Origin: Girardia tigrina
Lineage: Eukaryota
Assembly: GCA_001938485.1 (NCBI GenBank)
Contig: MQRK01241354.1
Coordinates: 1 to 64,000, forward strand
Reading direction: 5' to 3'
DNA: 64,000 nucleotides
Under the pieces are notes generated by a model. That model worked only from the letters and a program-made list of their open reading frames with translations. It searched no databases and was not told where the DNA came from. Each line of letters begins with the position of its first letter. Position 1 is the first letter of the stretch. This document shows positions 58,001 through 64,000 of the stretch, piece after piece. A program made the translations under genes and the position numbers.

Positions 58001-61000
58001 GGTAAAAATTTCATGAACCGCGAATGTATAGAACTAATTTTAGAAAGCTTTATTCATCGGCAGAAACTTTTGAGCCAAACCTGTAAAAACTTCAAATTAT
58101 TTGACTTTTAAATTTCACTATAAAATATCTTATTTGATCAATTTTTGTATTAAACGTCATCATAACTCATTATAAGGATTATATATACATGTATATTTTT
58201 AGGTAAATACTTAACCCTTCGTAACATGGTGTGACACTTCTGTAACAAACCGTTGTAACTCTTACAGGATCTCTAACTATTAACATATCACATTTTAAAT
58301 CACTGTTGCATATCTGTTACACACCGATCTATACAACAATATCAATTTTATATAAAATGTGATGTGTTAATAGTTAGAGATCCTGTAAGAGTTACAACGG
58401 TTTGTTACAGAAGTGTCACACCATGTTACGAAGGGTTAAAATTAGATATATGCTGATTACAGGTTAATCCATTGTTTTCTATTTAAATGTTCAGTCATTA
58501 ATTAGTGTTTTTACCACGTTTTTATTAGCTTGTTTTCTTGTCTGTTTGTCTGTTTGTCTGTCTGGAACAAATCTTGCGATTGATTTTTCGACCACTTTTT
58601 GTCATCCAATTGAGCTGATTTTTTATATACAGGATTGCTTCCCATGACAATACAATTTGATAAAAAAAATAATTTTTTCTAATTTTTTGCAAAAAACCAC
58701 TTACGGTTATCTACAAGTTTATACACTTTTTTAATATATATATATATATATATNNNNNNNNNNNNNNNNNNNNNNNNNNNNNNNNNNNNNNNNNNNNNNN
58801 NNNNNNNNNNNNNNNNNNNNNNNNNNNNNNNNNNNNNNNNNNNNNNNNNNNNNNNNNNNNNNNNNNNNNNNNNNNNNNNNNNNNNNNNNNNNNNNNNNNN
58901 NNNNNNNNNNNNNNNNNNNNNNNNNNNNNNNNNNNNNNNNNNNNNNNNNNNNNNNNNNNNNNNNNNNNNNNNNNNNNNNNNNNNNNNNNNNNNNNNNNNN
59001 NNNNNNNNNNNNNNNNNNNNNNNNNNNNNNNNNNNNNNNNNNNNNNNNNNNNNNNNNNNNNNNNNNNNNNNNNNNNNNNNNNNNNNNNNNNNNNNNNNNN
59101 NNNNNNNNNNNNNNNNNNNNNNNNNNNNNNNNNNNNNNNNNNNNNNNNNNNNNNNNNNNNNNNNNNNNNNNNNNNNNNNNNNNNNNNNNNNNNNNNNNNN
59201 NNNNNNNNNNNNNNNNNNNNNNNNNNNNNNNNNNNNNNNNNNNNNNNNNNNNNNNNNNNNNNNNNNNNNNNNNNNNNNNNNNNNNNNNNNNNNNNNNNNN
59301 NNNNNNNNNNNNNNNNNNNNNNNNNNNNNNNNNNNNNNNNNNNNNNNNNNNNNNNNNNNNNNNNNNNNNNNNNNNNNNNNNNNNNNNNNNNNNNNNNNNN
59401 NNNNNNNNNNNNNNNNNNNNNNNNNNNNNNGATAAAATACATTTTCTCCATAGTTAAGTTTTAATATAGGCACTACTACTTCTTGCAATAACTGTACATA
59501 GTTATTTGATTTAAATTTCCCTTTCAGAAATCTATGAGCTATCAAACCAACAGAAAATTCAGAAATTTCTAAGGCGATGTTAACAAGAAAAGATCCAAAA
59601 TGGATTGCTAAACATGTCAAAAGCAGTCAATACTTGCTGCAAATCGCAAAGTGCTTAGATCTTGAATGTTGTGAAGGTCCTTGTGGAAAGTGGTTTGAGA
59701 TTATACCCGATAGATTTCTTCCTGTGTGCATAACTTTAAGGTGTAATCCTTTGATAACGAGCGATGAAAATAATTCCGAGAAGCCTCATTTTGCTACGCT
59801 TTTCCGTACTCTCATCCTCACAAAAGGACACCCTGCGATAAAAATTGTCCAAGCTTGAATGATTTGTTGAGTTTGTAGTGACTACAACATTTATTTTCCA
59901 TGATTAAGGCGTACACGAAAGCTCTTTATAAGAAGGCAAAAGACAAAAGACCCCAAAGTAAAGAGTAATTTGTAAGAATGAGAACGAAATTCTTGTTGTA
60001 ATCGCTTATAAAAAGGAGTCGAGGAACTGGAATGGATCGAGAAAGCATTCTTAGATGATCAAATATCTAATGAAATAGTCGAACTCTATTCAGAGCCTGC
60101 AGATCCATCAATGTCAATCATAAGTTTGGGTACTCACTGGGCTTGCCTTGGGAGGAGGACAAATAAGGTAGTAAGCTGGCTGAGTGAAGGAAATAAAACA
60201 ATTTATATTTTTTTAATTATTAATAAAAAGTTCGAGAACTAAATATTTTGGTGTTACATAACATTTGAGGGGGGGTTGGGAGGGTCTAGTGATTTGTGAC
60301 AATTTGTGATATATGGGATGGGGTGCTCGAAAATTCCGCAATTTTGCGTTACGTATTAAATGAACACTCCCTTACAAAATTGTTTTTAAAGCCTCAAAAT
60401 ATGGAGGAATAAATTGAAAGATTTTCAGGGCATCAAGCCCTTTAATCTCATGCATCTTAACTAGCTCAACTTTTTATCACTATTGCTCGATCAAACACTA
60501 AATATAAATAATAATTTGCAAATATTAATACTTAAAGAAGTTTATAAAACATATTTCTAGAAATATTTTGACGTAAAAAGCAAAATAAACAATTTTCATT
60601 TATTCTCATTATGAAACAGTATTTTAACCTGATAAATATCTTGGATCCTTTCCTCGACCAGGAAGAGACAAGTTCCTTACAGAACCATTTTCGAATTGCG
60701 ATCTAAAACTAAACTATTATGATTATTATAATAGAATTAATAAGTTATTTTCGATTCATACAAAATAATTATTAAATTTGAATTTTAAGAATTTATTTGA
60801 TCATTTATCGCGGAAGTTATGTTAATTCTGAATTCCAATTGAGTTTATTTGATTTTGTAGTTTTAATGTTTTTATATTAAAATAATCAACTTTTTTGCAT
60901 GATTCAATTTTGAAAAATAATTTTTTTTTAATTTGAGCATGTTGCAACTGTCACGACGATTAGTGTATACAATGAATTTCCTTTAGGTTTCATCAATTAA

Positions 61001-63948
61001 CTGTTTTATTAAATTAATGTCATTTAAACCATTGGTTCTCGTAAGGAATATAACGTTTGTTTTTCCATGAATCAAGACAAGTAATTTGATTATAGTCCTA
61101 AGGTGTCTGTGTCATTCGGTCAGTCAGGGGTATTTAGCCATACAGGGATGAAGTCGCCATTGAGCTGAGTCTTGTTCAGACTGCTTCCAGTTTGTTTCAT
61201 TGAGATCACTCTAACACATTTCTATTTCACTGACATTAACAAATTCTTTCTCTTTCTTAGATATTTATATCAATTATATTTCAAAATCATTTATTTAATG
61301 TAATTATTTCGTCCTTTTATATATTTTTAACTGAAATTTGTGACATTTTTGTGTATAGTTATCATGTTTTTTTGACAATAAATATTTGTTACAAGTTTTT
61401 TTATTTGTAATTTAATTTTAATTTAATTTTGTTGAATAGTAATAATGTCAAATCAACAATTTATTATTAGAGTGATGCATAAATTTCCAAACATTTTTAA
61501 TTAAAGCTATTTATTTTTTTAAGTAAAGTGGCGTACGATTAATCTTCAAAGTATTCACCATTAGCATCTATGGTCTTTTGCCATCTTTGTGGCAACAAAT
61601 AGATACCTTTAGTGAAAAGTCTTCATCTTTCGAATCAATAAAGTCATCTATGCATTTCTTGACTTCATCGCGTGTTTTGAAATGTTGTCTAGCGAGATAA
61701 TGTTGGAGAGACCGAAATATATGAAAATCTGTTGGATCCAAGTCCGGTGAATAGGGCGAATGCAGTAGAACCTTCCATCCAAGCGCTAAAATCATATTAT
61801 TTGTCGCCGACGCAACATGTGATCTAGCGTTATCATGCAGCAGTATGTCCTTGCGTCAACTATGGCCCAAATATTTCGTTAACTCACTGATTTTTTCGTT
61901 CAGTTTAGATAGCTGAATACAATAGCATTATGCGGTAACCGTTTGTCCGGGATCCCACAACTCATAATAAAGAAGGCCCTTCATATTCAACTGCATACAC
62001 AGAAGGACCTTCATGCCATAAATATTGCGTTTTGGGATGGGGGTTGATGGAGTTCCGGGGTCTACTCATTGCCTCTTTCGTTCTGGGCTATCATAATACA
62101 CCAATTTCTCGTCCACAGGGACTATTCTCCCTATAAACGATTTTCTTCGGTGGCGAGTGAGGTGAGCCTTGGCGATATTCATCCTATCCTCCTTGTTTCG
62201 GGAAGAGAGAGCAAATGGAACCCATCTTGTTGCTTTCTGCACCTTTCCTAGAACTTTCAGATGCTGTAAGGACTATCGACTGGTTAACGTTGAGGCGCTT
62301 GGCCAGTTCACGGGTTGACTGTCCATCATTATGTTCTAAGAAAACCAGAAGCTCTTCGTCCTCCATTTCTTTTGGGCTACCATTTCGTGGTTGGTTCTCC
62401 AGGTAGAATTCTCCCTTCTTGAACTTGGCATACCATTCTTTGATCGTTGTAAGGCCAACAGAACCTGTACCATATGCTTGGTAAATTTCGTCCTACGCTT
62501 GCGACGCCTTTTTGCCAAGATTAAACCTAAATAATATACAGTGGCGTATGTGATTTTTATTGATATCCATTTCTAGAATAATAAAAAAAATAAACACGTG
62601 GATTTTGGGGACAATGAAAGAAGTATATCTCTTTTTTATTAAAGGTCGGAAATTTATGCATCGACCATATAATTAAAAATAGGAAATAAAACAAGATTAA
62701 TCATAGAGATTTTAATGAAATTTCATTTTTTGTTTGACGCTTCTTTGCAGTGTATCGCTCGTATAGGAACACATTTTAAAAATCCAATTTTTATTTGTAT
62801 CTGACCTTTTTAGAGAATTTTAAGACAGTTTTATTATTTTTTAGATTCTTTACATATTTTAGAGCCATATATTAATAATCCAATTTCGAATCTCGAATGT
62901 AAGTTTTACATTCCATAATATTAATTGTTTTGACAAATTGATTGATAAGATGCAAATATTTCAAATGACTTTAGAAATCATTTCAAGTAAAAAAATATTC
63001 GTAAAACTAAAATTAAATCCGTCGGCATCGAAACACTTGTGTCATTTAACAAGTGAATTTCGAATCCGTATATTCTCTATTAATGGAAAAATGTGTTGTA
63101 AAATTTTTGATACGAATTAAGAAAGATGACAACCATTATGAGGTCCCACAGAAATTTAGAAAAAGTGACACGACAAAAGCTATGAATTAAAAGATAAAAA
63201 TGGAAAATTATTGATAAAGAAAGTGGTTGAAGCCTTTTAAATGAGGGAGCAATGATATATTACAAAATTAAATAAAATAAATTAAAGAAAATATTACATA
63301 AAAACTCAAGTTTTTAGTTAATTCAATTTAAAAATATACTTTCGATCATATACAACAGTTGATTTGATTAATTGATTTTGAAAAAAAAGAATAAAAAGAA
63401 AGTAAAATTTTCTAGACATCTCTCCTTAGAGTTTAACTTACAGGTCTGAAATATATTAAATTAAAAACATAATTACGAAAGTTGATGAACAAAACATTTC
63501 AGAATCTTTTCAGCAGTGATTGTAAAACAGTGGCAGTCCTCAGCGTTTCCATTCCCTCTTGGTGTCCGGCGGGGGTAAAGGAGCCGAGTGACGTTGCGAG
63601 CAATATTAGAGTGTTGAATCAGTTATTAATTACATTTGATGAAGTATATTACATTGTTAAATGATTTTATTTTGACACATTCTTATAGGTATTAGAAAGT
63701 TCTGAATACGAAGGGATAATAAAAGTTCGAACTGCTGGAGAAACTGCATGGTATGCTGTTGGAATTGATCCAAACCATCAACTCGAAGTAATTCTAAAAT
63801 TTTAAAAATTTTATAAAAATTTGGTTGCAGAATTCCAATGACAGATGCCGTTTAATGACGCATCTTCTTCGGGGAGCAGAAATGTTAAAGCGAATTGTGG
63901 AAGAACATAATACTAAAAACGCAGACTGTAGATTTTATTTAAGAATTG
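12499..63948 (+). CDS. Membrane (12-TM) adenylyl cyclase-family gene, highly divergent; 17 exons in window, 3' end beyond window
   Basis: Exons 12499-13177, 27232-27422, 29958-30107, 38789-38904, 40174-40300, 40348-40475, 44807-44965, 45008-45170, 48906-49384, 49483-49642, 49689-49970, 52603-52811, 56324-56450, 56497-56613, 63503-63643, 63689-63787, 63831-63948. All introns are GT-AG with compatible phases, total 3445 nt with no stop. Product order is 6 TM, helical 'DRLLSCIVP', C1a (NELFSRFD, GYPETRVDHA, IHTG, FDL), C1b, 6 TM, 'RLVFKW...LLPKFVISHY', C2a (RVLNQLLITFDE, IKVRTAG, YLRIG). Confidence 0.92.
15050..17400. mobile_element. Highly degraded Penelope-like RT remnants
   Basis: Eroded RT-like motifs only (YVD-like on - strand near 15100; LDV and YIDG on + strand near 17030-17350). 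Confidence 0.3.
18903..19260 (-). mobile_element. Penelope-like element 3' end (GIY-YIG C-terminus + terminal repeat with degenerate hammerhead)
   Basis: ERVTCEALYIRSLDPKINVQN; downstream CTGACGA-T-GACGG-TTAAA-CCGTC-AAAA. Confidence 0.72.
19740..21200 (-). mobile_element. Penelope-like element remnant (RT thumb + GIY-YIG endonuclease)
   Basis: LTVPYSEG; LIYQYTCKGCNATYIGETSRHLCKRIQEH at ~19960-20055 is the PLE GIY-YIG signature. Confidence 0.8.
21536..22723 (+). mobile_element. Mariner (DD34D) element, defective
   Basis: ~30-bp TIRs (YGTGGTGCGC..AATA..TCGTGAGAYTAAT) with TA TSD; KLCSRFAPHFL, FTVDETS, HPPYRPDLAPSDFFLF, RWENCV motifs with stops and frameshifts. Confidence 0.9.
23184..23655. 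mobile_element. Foldback/MULE-like MITE with subterminal tandem repeats
   Basis: AAAAACATCGCAG repeats at left, inverted CTGCGATGTTTTT and TTCTGGGATGTTTTTT at right. Confidence 0.65.
25880..26266. mobile_element. Foldback/MULE-like MITE with 15-bp subterminal repeats
   Basis: TAGGCGATTCGCCTAATTGACGTTT / AAACGTCAATTAGGTGAACCGCCTA inverted ends; about 6 copies of TTCGCCTAAATG.. at left, inverted copies at right. Confidence 0.75.
27232..27422 (+). CDS. Adenylyl cyclase-like exon 2 (TM4-5)
   Basis: ttttag acceptor; ESKSFITIGLWETMWLIITISCFYPVTFYTLLALTIFLCTSHSII...CWRE; donor GTTAGT. Confidence 0.85.
27510..28731 (+). mobile_element. Degraded mariner element
   Basis: HTH-like translation at 27680-27855 (VIKF..LGK...YYWLK.FKKGR...GGR); right TIR TTTTTATTCGCACCACG|TA. 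Confidence 0.6.
28807..29107 (+). mobile_element. Solo LTR (~300 bp)
   Basis: TGGGA...CCCCA ends with near-perfect 5-bp TSD TTTGT/TTTGC; related copies at ~3650-3900 (+), 32748-33030 (-) and ~50150-50380 (-). Confidence 0.6.
29958..30107 (+). CDS. Adenylyl cyclase-like exon 3 (TM6 + helical domain)
   Basis: LIGNWLLFISSILLGSIISYLQQRMLRNAFLYAREFLNN...NEKL resembles the AC 'RQAFLETR' segment; 150 nt, phase 0/0; not in the ORF track. Confidence 0.88.
31348..32735 (-). mobile_element. Tc1-family (DD34E-type) transposon with intron-containing transposase, defective
   Basis: 26-bp TIRs CAAT.T..GACAAATTAATT.CACCA with TA TSD; HTH (REIGEAVGVHHSTVTRII), IFNDE, QDGAPYH, SPDMNVIEN; ATG at 32496; stops and deletions present. 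Confidence 0.92.
32748..33030 (-). mobile_element. Solo-LTR family copy, inverted relative to 28807-29107
   Basis: Shares TGAGGAAT...TGTCTCTCCTACCCA...GATTAATATT...TTATAATCT core on the - strand. Confidence 0.6.
35700..36030. promoter_or_regulatory. Candidate intronic enhancer
   Basis: GC-richer non-coding island with octamer ATGCAAAT (35766-73), AP-1 TGACTCA (35902-08) and Sox-type AACAAAG/AACAAT sites. Confidence 0.3.
36969..37424. mobile_element. pogo/Tigger-type MITE
   Basis: TA|CAGTAAAACCTC..AAGTTGAAA ... TTTCAACTT..GAGGTTTTACTG|TA; internal AAGTTGAAAA repeats. Confidence 0.85.
37495..37537 (-). ncRNA. Minimal type I hammerhead ribozyme (Penelope-type)
   Basis: ttg-CUGAUGA-U-GAUGU-auauaa-ACAUC-GAAA-CAUG-UC-caa. 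Confidence 0.75.
37726..37767 (+). ncRNA. Minimal type I hammerhead ribozyme (Penelope-type)
   Basis: AUUG-CUGAUGA(37730-36)-U-GAUGU/ACAUC stem II-GAAA(37754-57)-palindromic CAUG-UC-CAAU; predicted cleavage after GUC at 37763. Confidence 0.8.
38789..38904 (+). CDS. Adenylyl cyclase-like exon 4 (helical domain to start of C1a)
   Basis: DRLLSCIVPQPILVELK...HLRNVS resembles ERLLLSVLP...HDNVS; ctag acceptor, GTAAAG donor. Confidence 0.9.
39100..39700 (-). mobile_element. Degraded Penelope-like RT remnant
   Basis: Eroded LDV.., MGT..S.NI and KVHTDLNFLHF (RT thumb-like) motifs. Confidence 0.35.
40174..40300 (+). CDS. Adenylyl cyclase-like exon 5 (C1a)
   Basis: SFINVEICGLSRG...MVKLMNELFSRFDMLGQ resembles SILFADIVGFT...LNELFARFDKLA. 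Confidence 0.9.
40348..40475 (+). CDS. Adenylyl cyclase-like exon 6 (C1a)
   Basis: ELGCYQVRVHPDDYLSLAGYPETRVDHAKSCTELA resembles [33 protein letters not shown]; follows a 47-nt intron. Confidence 0.92.
43915..44222. mobile_element. MITE with ~84-bp terminal inverted repeats
   Basis: TAATGGTTGTTGCAAAGAATTGAAGAATA...TGGA / TCCA...TTCTTCAATTCTTTGCAACAACCATTA. Confidence 0.8.
44807..44965 (+). CDS. Adenylyl cyclase-like exon 7 (C1a)
   Basis: LDVKTVIHTGVTYGAVLGHSRMVFDLLGDDI resembles [29 protein letters not shown]. Confidence 0.9.
45008..45170 (+). CDS. Adenylyl cyclase-like exon 8 (end of C1a)
   Basis: GKVLVSKATYEQLPDGY...METFYL resembles GRIHITKATL.YL.GDY...TFLI; gcag acceptor, CAG|GTTTAA donor. 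Confidence 0.88.
45440..45780. promoter_or_regulatory. GC-rich intronic island, promoter-like
   Basis: Opposed CCAAT (45688) and ATTGG (45710) boxes forming an imperfect palindrome; GGCGG/CGCGG motifs; GA-rich tract. Confidence 0.35.
47600..48770 (+). mobile_element. Degraded mariner element
   Basis: RKWFKKFRS (HTH end), FDIIVTHGK..FYDN, VLPHPPHS..LESTD motifs. Confidence 0.6.
48906..49384 (+). CDS. Adenylyl cyclase-like exon 9 (C1b, low-complexity linker)
   Basis: tttcctcag acceptor; 479-nt open frame in phase with both neighbours; S/N/T-rich. Confidence 0.78.
49483..49642 (+). CDS. Adenylyl cyclase-like exon 10 (C1b end)
   Basis: ...ITNAFADTSVELK resembles the pre-M2 'LTFxDxxLExxY' motif; phases fit. 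Confidence 0.8.
49689..49970 (+). CDS. Adenylyl cyclase-like exon 11 (TM7-9)
   Basis: Three hydrophobic segments; tgcag acceptor, GTGAGA donor. Confidence 0.85.
51411..51693. mobile_element. pogo/Tigger-type MITE
   Basis: TA|CAGTATAACTTCTAAATTTG ... CAAATTTAGAGGTTATATTG|TA. Confidence 0.75.
52603..52811 (+). CDS. Adenylyl cyclase-like exon 12 (TM10-11)
   Basis: FYCGNLVNKNNSSLVYFP...LPEFVKIVIVFATIICTCILVF; CG|GTACAA donor gives the phase required by exon 13. Confidence 0.82.
53450..53960 (-). mobile_element. Penelope-like RT remnant
   Basis: DSLFTN motif at ~53790 on the - strand. Confidence 0.45.
54000..54600 (-). mobile_element. Penelope-like element 3' portion (GIY-YIG end + hammerhead-bearing repeat)
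   Basis: KRVLEH...SNIAEH..TC...DFKILCK...CEALLIR..DPKINV; same family as 18903-19260. Confidence 0.75.
54036..54078 (-). ncRNA. Minimal hammerhead ribozyme in Penelope terminal repeat
   Basis: GUGAU-CUGAUGA-U-GACGG-uuaaa-CCGUC-GAAA-UAUA-UU-AUCAU. Confidence 0.7.
56324..56450 (+). CDS. Adenylyl cyclase-like exon 13 (TM12)
   Basis: MVAIVAPIFFSFLVLWKSRILNSFRRLVFKWQMK resembles ESTARLDFLWKLQ. Confidence 0.88.
56497..56613 (+). CDS. Adenylyl cyclase-like exon 14 (second helical domain)
   Basis: REEFNKLTNGVDRVIDILLPKFVISHYF resembles [27 protein letters not shown]. Confidence 0.88.
56749..58083 (-). mobile_element. Full-length mariner (DD34D), defective transposase
   Basis: TIRs YAGGTTTGGCTCAAA.GTTTCTGCCGA with TA TSD; ATG at 57843; RSGRP, WIPYVL, ITADETW, ARPH, HPPYSPDLAPSDY; stops and frameshifts. 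Confidence 0.95.
58215..58435. mobile_element. piggyBac-type MITE
   Basis: TTAA|CCCTT...AAGGG|TTAA; ~83-bp TIRs with 1 mismatch. Confidence 0.88.
58505..58730 (+). mobile_element. Possible Helentron-associated (DINE-1/HINE-like) element
   Basis: T-rich start followed by a (TTGTCTGT)n microsatellite; layout resembles HINEs. Confidence 0.35.
59431..59530 (-). mobile_element. Tc1-like DDE fragment next to a gap
   Basis: KGKFKSNNYVQLLQEVVVPILKLNYGENVFY, typical of the region before the QDN motif. Confidence 0.55.
59530..60371 (+). mobile_element. Zator-like DNA transposon 3' part
   Basis: WIAKHVKSSQYLLQIAKCLDLECC peptide; terminus GCGTTACGTATTAAATGAACACTCCC|TTA (GG end, TWA TSD). Confidence 0.6.
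61467..62669 (-). mobile_element. Mariner (DD34D; mellifera-like), defective
   Basis: TIRs containing GATGCATAAATTTCC with TA TSD; ATG at 62570 (MDINKNHIRHCILF); HDNARSH, HSPYSPDLDPTDFH, GEYFED*. Confidence 0.92.
63503..63643 (+). CDS. Adenylyl cyclase-like exon 15 (C2a)
   Basis: NLFSSDCKTVAVLSVSIP...IRVLNQLLITFDE resembles ELYYQSCECVAVMFASI...LRLLNEIIADFDE. Confidence 0.9.
63689..63787 (+). CDS. Adenylyl cyclase-like exon 16 (C2a)
   Basis: GIIKVRTAGETAWYAVGI resembles LEKIKTIGSTYMAASGL. Confidence 0.88.
63831..63948 (+). CDS. Adenylyl cyclase-like exon 17 (C2a; gene continues)
   Basis: ...LKRIVEEHNTKNADCRFYLRIG resembles INEHSFNNFQMKIG; donor G|GTCAGT. Confidence 0.88.
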
Positions 63949-64000
63949 GTCAGTATTGGTGTATAAAATGTATCTAGATATATAAAATATATATATTTAA

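Noticed and set aside
58679-59620. 313-aa and 246-aa ORFs (also those at 10963-11260 and 37716-37952)
   Set aside because: Their length comes from translating through N gaps.

Overview
AT-rich eukaryotic (metazoan) genomic DNA with five assembly gaps. The mix of about 45-nt and multi-kb introns and the mariner/Penelope load resemble a planarian flatworm, but the organism is an inference. One host gene dominates: a + strand, 12-TM (M1-C1-M2-C2) class III membrane adenylyl-cyclase-family gene. I hand-spliced 17 GT-AG exons from 12499 to 63948 into an uninterrupted frame of about 1148 codons, and the gene runs off the right end inside C2a. Its catalytic motifs are strongly altered (C1a FADIVGFT->NVEICGLS, GD->PD, MRVG->VKTV; C2a KIKTIGS->KVRTAGE), so it is a candidate pseudo- or atypical cyclase. 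The introns and upstream DNA are packed with mobile DNA: several mariner lineages, an intron-containing Tc1, a DD41D-like element, Zator, MITEs, gypsy remnants, solo LTRs and Penelope-like elements. Some Penelope repeats carry minimal hammerhead ribozymes, including a head-to-head pair inside a ~116-bp inverted repeat in intron 3.
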